Source: an uncultured Candidatus Saccharibacteria bacterium
GTDB taxonomy: Bacteria; Patescibacteriota; Minisyncoccia; Phycocordibacterales; Zambryskibacteraceae
Assembly (NCBI GenBank): GCA_964516975.1
Contig: CAZFAS010000001.1
Coordinates: 118,500 to 182,499 of the forward strand
Length of the DNA: 64,000 nucleotides
Direction of reading: 5' to 3'
In this document: positions 1 through 8,574 of the stretch, piece by piece
Position numbering within the stretch: the first letter of the stretch is position 1
Layout: every line of letters starts with the position of its first letter
Position numbers and translations under genes: made by a program
Notes under the pieces: generated by a model
The model's input: only the letters and a program-made list of their open reading frames with translations
What the model was told of the DNA's origin: nothing
Databases searched by the model: none

Positions 1-10
1 ACCGTATGAA

Positions 11-556
11 GTGATTCCTGAAATCACAGCTGATGAAGCGACAAGCACGCAAGCTACATCTACCCCACCCCAAAAGGTAGATATGGGGGAACCGGAAGTT
101 TCTGATGAAAGTCAAAAGAAAATTATTTTACTTGAAAAGAAAATTCTTTCGCTTGAAAAGCAAATTAAAACTCTTGAAGAGACAAATAAAAGTGTCGCTA
201 CAAAATACAATAGCTGTCAGGATTTCATTACAAGTGTATCAAAAGCCAAAGCATCACATAATCCATCAAATAATCCACAAGTAGAGGAAAAGCTTGAGGC
301 TCTTGATACAAAATTATTTGCACTCACTGATCCTGTTGAAAATTTATTGCAAAGTTACTCTGATTGGCAAAGTGTGCCAGTAAATAGATGGTATGTATTC
401 CCTTCTGCAGATCAAATTAATGTCATTGTCAGAAAATACAAAGAACTAGATCCTAATGTGCCACTTATTACCATGAGTGAAGGTGAGCCAAGTTCATTTG
501 GACCACAACTCATGTTACTAATTTCTCAGGTTAGAATGTATAAACAATACAGGTAA
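11..556 (+). CDS. hypothetical coiled-coil protein (N-terminus may lie upstream of window)
   Basis: 181-aa ORF with K/E/L heptad-like stretch (LEKKILSLEKQIKTLEE); no family recognised. Confidence 0.4.
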   Translation: MIPEITADEATSTQATSTPPQKVDMGEPEVSDESQKKIILLEKKILSLEKQIKTLEETNKSVATKYNSCQDFITSVSKAKASHNPSNNPQVEEKLEALDTKLFALTDPVENLLQSYSDWQSVPVNRWYVFPSADQINVIVRKYKELDPNVPLITMSEGEPSSFGPQLMLLISQVRMYKQYR

Positions 557-644
557 CCTACTCCGGTAAATTGCAAATTAATTGTATTTGTATACACTGC
601 AGAAAGATCATATTGTTCCTATCACTTATCAGTAGGAGGATGCC

Positions 645-914
645 ATGGAAAAGGAAAGGGATGAGATCACCGCATTGCGTAAATTGCTTTACAACAGGCT
701 TAACTACATTGCGGCATCACTAGAATCAACACTGCTACTTGTAGTTAGTTATACCCTTCTCTTTTTTACATACTTATCAGTCACTGAGCATATGTACTAT
801 TTGTCTTTTGTACTTGTACTATTTGTTCTTTGTTCTTTGAGACTCACCTACTACTCGTACAAAAGATTCATTACTCTGTTTATCGATGAATTCAAACAAA
901 AACCACCCAAATAG
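645..914 (+). CDS. small hypothetical membrane protein
   Basis: 89-aa ORF with two hydrophobic segments; stop lies inside downstream terminator hairpin. Confidence 0.3.
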   Translation: MEKERDEITALRKLLYNRLNYIAASLESTLLLVVSYTLLFFTYLSVTEHMYYLSFVLVLFVLCSLRLTYYSYKRFITLFIDEFKQKPPK

Positions 915-926
915 GGTGGTTTTCTA
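896..926 (+). terminator. rho-independent terminator
   Basis: aaaaCCACCCaaataGGGTGGtttt; same stem as terminators at 15.2 and 21.85 kb. Confidence 0.55.
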
Positions 927-1069
927 CTGACACGAATCACATATATACTGCTGACTCGGATCTTCAATATCTGGTAAATCCATAAACTTTGGCTGTGGCT
1001 TCACATCTTGTATTTGTTCTTCTTGCATAATTTATAGTATGAATGAAAAATAAAATAAATACTTGTGGA

Positions 1070-1645
1070 TTAATATTTCCTAATAACTGCTTTTACAATA
1101 GCGGCAACATGGAAGCTCTCTGTTGGAAAAATGTTTCGAAACTTCTTGTTGGCAGGCTCAAGATAGGGTTTGTTACCTTTCTTGCGGTAATATTTCATGG
1201 TCCACCCGCCATCGACCTCTGCTATCACAATATCTCCCTCCTTTGGTGATCCAGAACGCTCCACGAGGACATAGTCACCTTCATTGATATGCGCATCGAT
1301 CATCGACTCCCCTTTCACTTCGAGTAAATAACTCTTCTCTTTATTTTCAACAAGAAAATCTTCAAGACTAATTCTATCCAGCTCATCTACTTCAGCCTCA
1401 CTTGGTATACCTGCTTCGACTAACCCAAGAAGTGGGATTTCCTCATATATTTGATTTGGGATAATCTTGCCTCGTGCATCCTTTGTAACGATACCTTCAT
1501 CGACAAGCCAGGAAATAAGCTTGTGTACAGAGTTCTTTGACTTAAAACCAAGAAGCGTCATGATCTCTTGATACCCAGGCATTCTTTTGTGCCGTTTATA
1601 AAAGGAGATGAGCTTATCTTTTTGTTCTACTTTTTTTGGATTCAT
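1070..1645 (-). CDS. lexA: LexA repressor (SOS regulator, S24 peptidase)
   Basis: N-terminal wHTH (MNPKK...SVHKLISWLVDEGIV) and C-terminal S24 motifs (VKGESM..., ...GGWTMKYYRK); start taken at MNPKK (1645) rather than longest ORF (1708). Confidence 0.85.
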   Translation of the reverse strand: MNPKKVEQKDKLISFYKRHKRMPGYQEIMTLLGFKSKNSVHKLISWLVDEGIVTKDARGKIIPNQIYEEIPLLGLVEAGIPSEAEVDELDRISLEDFLVENKEKSYLLEVKGESMIDAHINEGDYVLVERSGSPKEGDIVIAEVDGGWTMKYYRKKGNKPYLEPANKKFRNIFPTESFHVAAIVKAVIRKY

Positions 1646-1649
1646 ATAA

Positions 1650-1847
1650 TTAGAGTAAAAATGAAAGGAACCGCATTGATGCTTGAGGACGCTGTATCCG
1701 TGTAACATCTTGCAACATATTCATGAGAAGTTTGTGACGCTTTGCTTCCCTCTTGTATGGGATACCACGGATAACTTTTAGATCGATCTCTTCGTTAATG
1801 TGCTGTAATTCCGAAGAGAGAGTATGTATTAGTTTTTGTGTACTCAT
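1650..1847 (-). CDS. small protein co-transcribed upstream of lexA (unknown function, presumably SOS-induced)
   Basis: 65-aa ORF ending 4 nt before lexA start; sits between LexA-box promoter and lexA. Confidence 0.4.
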   Translation of the reverse strand: MSTQKLIHTLSSELQHINEEIDLKVIRGIPYKREAKRHKLLMNMLQDVTRIQRPQASMRFLSFLL

Positions 1848-1877
1848 TTTGGAATTTCAAATAATTTGTATATTCAT

Positions 1878-1906
1878 AGTATAAGTGAACTCTAGTTCAC
1901 CTGCAA
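1878..1906 (-). promoter_or_regulatory. SOS promoter with Cheo-type LexA box in spacer
   Basis: minus strand reads TTGCAG-gtGAACtagaGTTCact-TATACT; palindrome GTGAACTCTAGTTCAC at 1885-1900 matches GAAC-N4-GTTC. Confidence 0.6.
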
Positions 1907-2026
1907 GAAAATTCCTGTGGATAACCATTTAAATTTGTTAATCTTTTAAAAAAATCTAAATTATGTAATCTATAAGTTAGGCAGGCACGCGGTCCACATA
2001 CAGAGAATCCAAGGAGTTACCAAAGG

Positions 2027-2200
2027 ATGAACAAGCATGAAATAAGGCGCGATGCTCGTGTACATTTGAATCGTAAAACTGGACTTCTGTTCAGTCGTGA
2101 GTCGAAGCAGAAACCTCAGCGTAAGAGTGTACGGCAACGCTCATTTACCCAAATTGTTAGCAGCGTTTTTTCTTTATACAAGAAAGTAACGAGAAAATGA
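2027..2200 (+). CDS. very small basic protein (57 aa)
   Basis: AAGGAG 10 nt upstream of ATG; K/R-rich; followed directly by terminator; below ORF-track size cutoff. Confidence 0.3.
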   Translation: MNKHEIRRDARVHLNRKTGLLFSRESKQKPQRKSVRQRSFTQIVSSVFSLYKKVTRK

Positions 2201-2203
2201 TCT

Positions 2204-2240
2204 ATAGGTGCGAGTACAAACTCGCACCTATACTTTTTTT
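2204..2240 (+). terminator. rho-independent terminator
   Basis: ATAGGTGCGAGtacaaaCTCGCACCTAT + T7; followed by extended -10 TGTATAAT. Confidence 0.6.
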
Positions 2241-2293
2241 ATGTATAATGCGAAAAGACAGTACATGACAAATTGAGCGTCTGGAGGAAGCTA

Positions 2294-2430
2294 TGGCTAA
2301 AAAGCACCTGGCGAAACAACTTAACAAGTGCAGAATCCTAGCAAAGTACACAAAAGGAAAGATCACACTCTCAAGGCAAAAAAGAAGCGGCCTGTTGCCA
2401 GAACGGCTTCATAAACCAGCAAAAAAGTGA
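2294..2430 (+). CDS. very small basic protein (45 aa)
   Basis: GGAGGA SD 5 nt before ATG; MAKKHLAKQLNKCRILAKYTKGK...; lysine/arginine-rich. Confidence 0.25.
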
Positions 2431-2540
2431 CACCCGAGTCCAACAATGGGATCACAAAGCGCGACAAGTTCGCGCTTTTTCTTTTTTGCCTTACTATGCT
2501 GTTTATACTAAAATACGTCTATTCACTAACAAAAATAATT

Positions 2541-3206
2541 ATGTCATTTATAAAGAGAAATCTATGGGGTATCGGGTTTGCGGTTATTCTTATAGGAGCT
2601 TTCGGAGCTATGTGGGTAGCAGGAAAAAATACAAATATACCCTCTCCTACTGCAACGGTGACGAATACCACAAACTTTACATTTGCTGATGATGAATATA
2701 TTAAAGGACCTTCCACTGCGAAAGTTACACTCGTAGAATTTGGCGATTTCCAGTGCCCAGCATGTGGTCAGTATTACCCTATCGTTGAGGAGGTTATGAA
2801 AGCTCACCCTGATAACCTCCGAGTGGTTTTTAAACATTTCCCACTTACTCAGATTCATTATCGTGCACAAATTGCTTCACAGGCTGCAGCTGCTGCAGGA
2901 ATGCAGGGAAAGTTTTGGGAAATGTATGATCTTCTCTTTAAAAATCAAAATAGCTGGGTAACAAAAAGTGGTAATACCGAATTTGAAAATTACGCAACAC
3001 AAATCGGCCTTGATCTGAGTAGATTCCGAATCGATATTAGCTCACAAGCTGCAAAGGATCGTGTAGCGCGTGATCTTAAGCAAGGTATTGACCTCGGAAT
3101 AAATGGCACGCCAACATTCTTTTTAAACGGCAAACACATTGATAATCCAAGAAGTGTCGAGGAATTCAATAAGCTTATCGAAGAAGCAACTAAGACCGCA
3201 CAATAA
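2541..3206 (+). CDS. DsbA-family thiol:disulfide oxidoreductase (thioredoxin fold, CPAC active site)
   Basis: N-terminal TM anchor then FGDFQCPACGQYYP...; ORF track gives longer GTG-initiated version from 2427. Confidence 0.8.
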   Translation: MSFIKRNLWGIGFAVILIGAFGAMWVAGKNTNIPSPTATVTNTTNFTFADDEYIKGPSTAKVTLVEFGDFQCPACGQYYPIVEEVMKAHPDNLRVVFKHFPLTQIHYRAQIASQAAAAAGMQGKFWEMYDLLFKNQNSWVTKSGNTEFENYATQIGLDLSRFRIDISSQAAKDRVARDLKQGIDLGINGTPTFFLNGKHIDNPRSVEEFNKLIEEATKTAQ

Positions 3207-3208
3207 CA

Positions 3209-3658
3209 ATGAGTACATCAAAACCACTTTTCTTTGCGTTTATTGTTGTTGCTTTCCTTGGATTTCTAGACGCCTCATATCTTACTGCGCACCATTACAG
3301 TGGAGTCCTTCCACCATGCTTTATAACCCAAGGATGTGATGTAGTAACAACAAGTGCTTACTCAACGATGCTTGGCATTCCTGTTGCACTTCTTGGAACA
3401 CTCTATTACCTCACCGTACTCGTACTCGGATTTATATATATTGATAAGAAAAAGGACTGGGTCATTCTCAAGGCATTACCCGTTGTAAACACACTTGGTC
3501 TCTTGGCTTCCGCATGGTTCGTCTATGCACAAGTCTTTATCATTCATGCACTTTGCATGTATTGTCTTCTCTCCGCAGCATCATCAACGACGCTTTTTAT
3601 TCTCATGATATTTCTAAGAAAAAGAATACTCCAAGCAACAAAAAACCCTCTCGCTTAA
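3209..3658 (+). CDS. VKOR-family (vitamin K epoxide reductase-like) membrane protein, DsbB functional analogue
   Basis: 4-5 TM segments, CxxC (CMYC) and loop Cys pair (PPCFITQGCD); immediately downstream of dsbA-like gene. Confidence 0.75.
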   Translation: MSTSKPLFFAFIVVAFLGFLDASYLTAHHYSGVLPPCFITQGCDVVTTSAYSTMLGIPVALLGTLYYLTVLVLGFIYIDKKKDWVILKALPVVNTLGLLASAWFVYAQVFIIHALCMYCLLSAASSTTLFILMIFLRKRILQATKNPLA

Positions 3659-3676
3659 GGCAGAGGGTTTTTTGTT
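3640..3676. terminator. bidirectional rho-independent terminator
   Basis: aaaaaCCCTCTcgcttaaggcAGAGGGtttttt between convergent genes. Confidence 0.6.
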
Positions 3677-3691
3677 ATAGATAGATAGCGA

Positions 3692-4105
3692 TTATTTCTT
3701 GGCGATATTACTATACTTTGCCCAACAAGGGGACGAGGCAATCCAAGGACGAGCACCTTCCTTCTCATAGAGGTATCTGGCATAGGCCATATTCCCCTCT
3801 GTAGTGTAGATGTCGTAGCCGAGTTTTTTTGATTCCTCAAGGTGATACATTTCATTGATTTGCATCACCCCAACGTCATATCGATTGGCTACACCTCGGA
3901 ATATCTTCCCATTCTTATCAACTTGTCTGAAGTGTGATTCACATCGCGCAATGTCGATCATGATAGGAAGGTCAGAGAAATATTGATTTACTTTCTCCTC
4001 AACCGTAAGTGGAACCGATTCTTCAGTACTCTGGGTACTATCTGTAGAATAACTTAAGTTATCTGCAATCATACCGTTTGTATTGAAGCCTGAAACAACT
4101 GCCAA
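3692..4105 (-). CDS. lytic transglycosylase-like protein (SLT/lysozyme-like domain)
   Basis: motifs IARCESHFRQ ... GVMQIN typical of SLT domain; TTG start in track, hydrophobic signal-like segment just upstream in frame so true start uncertain. Confidence 0.5.
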   Translation of the reverse strand: MAVVSGFNTNGMIADNLSYSTDSTQSTEESVPLTVEEKVNQYFSDLPIMIDIARCESHFRQVDKNGKIFRGVANRYDVGVMQINEMYHLEESKKLGYDIYTTEGNMAYARYLYEKEGARPWIASSPCWAKYSNIAKK

Positions 4106-4380
4106 TAATCCAATAGTCGCAAGATTTAAAATACGTGTTTAGGTTATTGGTAATTCTGTCGTGTTCTGAAGTTGGAAAGATCAATTTTTCATGCTTTTGG
4201 TGTTGACCAAACATCACCAAAGCCTTGAAAAAATAAAACTCAGCTGTTAACTGAGTGATTAGATAATAGCAGATTTAAATGTCAATGTCAAGGATTTTTC
4301 ATGAAAATATAGCTATTATATGGCTCTATAAAGGCCTATATTTCATAATATCATTAGCCAACTTTTTACACTTTTTGTCC

Positions 4381-4413
4381 AAAAAGAAAGCGGGGTCAAT
4401 TCAAAACCCCGCT
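4381..4413 (-). terminator. rho-independent terminator (minus strand)
   Basis: GCGGGGTcaattcaaaACCCCGC followed on minus strand by TTTCTTTTT. Confidence 0.5.
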
Positions 4414-4557
4414 TGGCTTCTTACTTCCCTATTTGAGAGAGCTTTTTTTGCTTTTCAAGGCTCTCTTTTATCTCCTTAATCGATGCGGAAACGACTCGAA
4501 GGGACCTTTCGATCCTCTTAGCAAGAACCATCGCCCGATCTGATGTGCCTCTTACGC

Positions 4558-5046
4558 TCACATTACCTCACTTGATGATGGGGTGAATTTCGTGTGAAGC
4601 ATCCTGTGACGGGACATTTCCCATTCAGGTGTAGTCCCCAAGAATATCTTTGCACACAACTCCAAAGGATTCATGGGCAACCTTCGATTGATCTCTTGCA
4701 GGAATGCAACTCTATTTACTCCGTGGATAATAAAGACAGGCCCCTTAAGCGTGCATACCGGGCCGTTCATTTCAAACAATTCTCCCCGCATACCAAGCTC
4801 AATGTCAGGAAATGGCTCGAATATCGCAGTATCCTCGCTTTCTATTCCTGCCCTTAGAGCTTGCGACACTTTTCGCATCCAAAATACTTCAGGTAAAGCC
4901 TTACTTTGATACTGAGGATCAATTTGCAAAGAAGAAAGCGATCTACGATCAAGGACTCCGTATAGTGTCGCCATGCCATTTGGTGCCACAGCAACCGTTG
5001 GTCGAAACAACTTGACCTCTTCACAAACTGAAGTATCCATACCCAA
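4558..5046 (-). CDS. hypothetical protein, GC-rich island gene 1
   Basis: 162-aa ORF in ~55-60% GC segment; no family recognised. Confidence 0.4.
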   Translation of the reverse strand: MGMDTSVCEEVKLFRPTVAVAPNGMATLYGVLDRRSLSSLQIDPQYQSKALPEVFWMRKVSQALRAGIESEDTAIFEPFPDIELGMRGELFEMNGPVCTLKGPVFIIHGVNRVAFLQEINRRLPMNPLELCAKIFLGTTPEWEMSRHRMLHTKFTPSSSEVM

Positions 5047-5190
5047 TACCTGTTAAATGTTGAAAGAACTTTTACTCAAAAACATAGTACATCCAAGGTA
5101 AATTATTTCAAGCTATAAATATTGAAATATAAAATTGACCCCCAATCCGCCAAAGCAGACTGAGGGTCAAAGGGTCCAAGGGACAAAGGA

Positions 5191-5904
5191 TCAGGCTTGC
5201 GCCGGAGCCGAAGGTTCCGAGGATGAAAGATCTGAATTGCGAGAGAACACCCGGTCGAAATCACCCCACCAGACCGGGCCCTCGACGGAGCTCGCATAGA
5301 CGCCCCAGCCGTCGTCGCAGCAGCGCACGCGGACCACACGAAGCACACCTTTTTGGTCCCTGATGTAGAAGATGTTGGCGTAGCCGTTGTTCAGGAGAAC
5401 ACCGTATTCACCGTTCTTCTGCTTCTCCATCATGGAGAACATCTCCGTCAAAGTGGTTTCGGATTTCTCCTCGCCACCCAGTTCGGTGATTATGGGACCA
5501 TTAACTGAAGACTTCCGCAATTTGTGGTAGCGGAGCGTCTGTTCGCTGATCGGGTCTTCGGTTTTGCCGTCGCCTGAGAGGAACCAGTTTGTGAAATTGT
5601 CGCAGACTTCCAAGATCTTCACCGGATCGTTGCGCTTGGTGCTGACCGCGAACTTGTCTTTGGCGACGAACTTGCTGGTAGTTGCCAAGACCACGACAGT
5701 CGAGACGAGCTCGAGGATCGAGGGTGTGGGTTTCGGCTGCGCCACTTGCGTGACGTTGCCGTTGGTCCAGCACGGCTCCTTGCGGAGGAACTTCTTCAAT
5801 TCCGCTTCCCACTGGTCGCCGTATTGGCCACCGAGGTTCACGATGAGCTGATTAAGCGGTCCGGTCGTGAATTCGCGGAGCGCTCTGCTGAGCATGGTAT
5901 CCAT
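5191..5904 (-). CDS. hypothetical protein, GC-rich island gene 2
   Basis: 237-aa ORF, ~58% GC; antisense ORFs in same span judged spurious. Confidence 0.45.
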   Translation of the reverse strand: MDTMLSRALREFTTGPLNQLIVNLGGQYGDQWEAELKKFLRKEPCWTNGNVTQVAQPKPTPSILELVSTVVVLATTSKFVAKDKFAVSTKRNDPVKILEVCDNFTNWFLSGDGKTEDPISEQTLRYHKLRKSSVNGPIITELGGEEKSETTLTEMFSMMEKQKNGEYGVLLNNGYANIFYIRDQKGVLRVVRVRCCDDGWGVYASSVEGPVWWGDFDRVFSRNSDLSSSEPSAPAQA

Positions 5905-6043
5905 GGTCAGATTTCCTTTCTTTTTGGTTTCCTCTACGCCGAGGAGGCACTATGGGCCGGTGTGGTCATAGCGAGGAGAGGTCCAAGATTGAGCCACTTT
6001 TCGCTATGACCAACTTACAATTCGTATTAAAGAACTACTAATA

Positions 6044-6072
6044 ATTATACAACTATAAGTTAAATTTGTAAA
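6044..6072 (-). promoter_or_regulatory. sigma70-like promoter for GC-rich island genes
   Basis: minus strand TTTACA-17-TATAAT immediately downstream of terminator hairpin; 5'UTR contains GGTCATAGCG...CGCTATGACC stem. Confidence 0.5.
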
Positions 6073-6073
6073 T

Positions 6074-6105
6074 ACAATACAAAAGCCGCAAACGATGTTT
6101 GCGGC
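6074..6105 (-). terminator. rho-independent terminator (minus strand)
   Basis: GCCGCAAACgatGTTTGCGGC followed on minus strand by TTTTGTATT. Confidence 0.45.
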
Positions 6106-6114
6106 TTTGTTCCC

Positions 6115-6288
6115 CTATCGTGGGACAAGGGAACCGACACTAGCAATGTTCTTGGTTGTACCAAGAATTGATTGCAAGGATTCAAAGAACGCGAGGAGGG
6201 TATTCTCGAATCCTGCAAAAACTCGCGGGATTAGGAACTTGAACATGATTATGGCAAGCCCCAAACCAAAGACTCTAAGTATTTTCAT
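6115..6288 (-). CDS. small hydrophobic peptide (57 aa)
   Basis: MKILRVFGLGLAIIMFKFLIPRVFAG...; stop directly followed by terminator at 6074-6105; below ORF-track cutoff. Confidence 0.25.
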   Translation of the reverse strand: MKILRVFGLGLAIIMFKFLIPRVFAGFENTLLAFFESLQSILGTTKNIASVGSLVPR

Positions 6289-6480
6289 ACTTGTATCAAT
6301 GAGGAAAGCTCGGCTGTGACGGACGAGGTCACAACGTGCCCATAATCAGGCTGCCCCCCTCTTTTCAAAATAGAATTAGAATAGAGTATAAAGAATACAG
6401 CAATTCTGTTTCAAAAAGATTGGAGGTTCCGATGATGTTATTTCAAAAAACTATATACTATTTATAACATATAAATTGGA

Positions 6481-7010
6481 AAAAGAAAACCCCGCACGCA
6501 AGCGTGCGGGGGTATGTGACAACTTGACTATAGTCCAATGGACATTCACTTGATCGTCACACACAGTTTCAGTACGAAGCAATCGTGTAATCGTCTTTCG
6601 ACAGTATGGGGATCGCTTCGCACCAAGATATGAGACATTGAGGTCTGCGTCTACACAAACAGAGAATCGTCTCATATCAAAAGAGCAGTTCGGGGGAAAA
6701 CATGAGCTGAAACGCTTTTACAAAGCACGAGAGCTCCCGTTCCAGTGACAAATACTACCTCGTAAATCAACATCTCGAATATCGTCACTTCCCCCTTTCT
6801 AAGTTACAGATATATAACCTAGAAAGGAGGCCCGACAAGCAAAGCTTGTCGGGCTTTGCAGAAAACATCAGTATTCTCGTTGTAAAACATTTTGACAATC
6901 GTCTTCTGCCAAAGCAAAATATCATTCTTTATATATAAGTCAACCCCCATACAAGCAAGCTTGTATGGGGGCGTGTGACAATGATTCGGTCGTCGTAGAG
7001 ACATCAAGTC
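6481..7010. repeat. structured direct-repeat unit A (3' of recombinase gene); similarity decays to ~7250
   Basis: ~80% identical to 8575-9190 with indels; contains three perfect hairpins (6489-6510, 6830-6854, 6944-6971) and terminator-like end on minus strand. Confidence 0.7.
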
Positions 7011-7250
7011 CATCGTCACAAAATGAACTATGTTGTAAGACATGACGAAAGCCGTCAGACACGACAAGCATCAATTCGTCTCACAACATACAAAAGAACT
7101 TGACCTGAGAACATTCATACCGTCTTCACTTAGGAAATGAACTCGATCGTTCTCAGATCAATGAAATGTTGTTTTGAGACATTGGGTGAATCGTCACTAA
7201 GACAAACAGCCTATCGTCTCAAAACAAAGAACTTTAAAGTACTACTCGTT

Positions 7251-8441
7251 TTACACGACACTCCCTGCTTCGATCTTGCTCCACTCCTTGTAGAGCCACT
7301 CAGCAAACTTCGTCGCAGTCCTCCAGATCGCCATCTTGTGGATGTGACCCTTGGAGTATCGCTTCTTTCCATCTACCACTACTGGCTCAGGGTGACGGAC
7401 TGTGATCTGCGCCTTGATCTCTTTGAAACGAATACCCCATGGAGAATCAGGATTCTTGATGAACTGATCCATCAGAAGATACAAGCCCTGACGCACTTCT
7501 GCATTCCAGTTTGCGACCTGACCTCGCGAACGACGAGCAAGGCCGAAATTTCCATCCTTTCCCTTGCGAAGCCCGACGCCACAATACGACTTGAACTTGC
7601 TCTTATTCGGAAAGCGACGGACATCACCGATACCTGAGATGATTCGAGCTGCAATCTTGGGACCACAACCCTTCACCTCGGCAAGCACCTGAGTCCAGAT
7701 TGGAAAAAGGTCAAGTGTCTGTTCGACTGCCTTTGCGCAGCGAGCTTCTTCAGCAATGAGTGACTTCAAGGTAACATCATTTGCTTCCGCATCCTTGAGC
7801 CAAAGCTCAAGCGAACCCGCTTCGTACCAACCTTCACTGCTACAAAATATCTCGCCGATCACTCGTTGCTTCAGTCTCTGCTGACAGGCAATGCGTGCCT
7901 TACGAGCATCGACAAGACTGCGATACTTCCACTGAATCGAGATCAGATCTCGATCAGCAGGAGTCGTCTCAATGAAGTATTCAGGATTAGTAGCAAACAG
8001 ATCAATGAGTAGTCCCGCATCTTCATCCTTACTCCGCTCTTCTCGAGCAGACTTCAGATAAAATGCTGGAATACGCAAAACCTTTGCTCCAATCGATTGA
8101 CCGCGAAGCGAGAGCGCGTATGCGAAGTAATCCCCACTTCCACCAAGAGTCAAAAGCACTCGGTCTCCTGACCGCAAACCATCATACTCGGATGGAATCT
8201 TCCAACCGTTCTTTCCTTCACTGCGATGACTGATTTGAACATCAGAGGGAATACCCTCTTCATTTTCTACAGTCATCCACTTCACAGGAAATCTTCCGAC
8301 AAGAAAATCGTATTCATGAGACTCACTTTCAAGCTCATACACAGTTCGCTCTCCACCATGATCGATTACGATCTGTGTCGGCCTTGCTTCTCCATCTATA
8401 GTCTTCTTGACTCGATGACGAATTCCGATGAGGCGTCCCAC
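7251..8441 (-). CDS. IS110-family-like recombinase/transposase (Transposase_20-type C-terminal domain)
   Basis: C-terminal ...GCGPKIAARIISGIGDVRRFPNKSKFKSYCGVGLRKGKDGNFGLARRSRGQ matches IS110 HhH/Ser domain; GTG start preceded by AAGGAGAG SD; N-terminal domain atypical (IGIRH instead of IGID). Confidence 0.65.
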   Translation of the reverse strand: MGRLIGIRHRVKKTIDGEARPTQIVIDHGGERTVYELESESHEYDFLVGRFPVKWMTVENEEGIPSDVQISHRSEGKNGWKIPSEYDGLRSGDRVLLTLGGSGDYFAYALSLRGQSIGAKVLRIPAFYLKSAREERSKDEDAGLLIDLFATNPEYFIETTPADRDLISIQWKYRSLVDARKARIACQQRLKQRVIGEIFCSSEGWYEAGSLELWLKDAEANDVTLKSLIAEEARCAKAVEQTLDLFPIWTQVLAEVKGCGPKIAARIISGIGDVRRFPNKSKFKSYCGVGLRKGKDGNFGLARRSRGQVANWNAEVRQGLYLLMDQFIKNPDSPWGIRFKEIKAQITVRHPEPVVVDGKKRYSKGHIHKMAIWRTATKFAEWLYKEWSKIEAGSVV

Positions 8442-8574
8442 GTTACTCTCCTTGTAGAGGTTTCGTCCTGAAGGACATGGAAAGAACTGTCAGACAATCG
8501 TATACTCGTATGTAACATACATCAACGAGATAGTCTGACCAAATAAAAATACATACTATATTGAATTTGTCAAT

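Noticed and set aside
5564-6009. Plus-strand ORFs 5564-5851 and 5746-6009 and the nested minus ORF 5501-5812 in the GC-rich island
   Set aside because: They are antisense or overlapping to the longer 5191-5904 ORF. GC-rich DNA generates long spurious ORFs in all frames.
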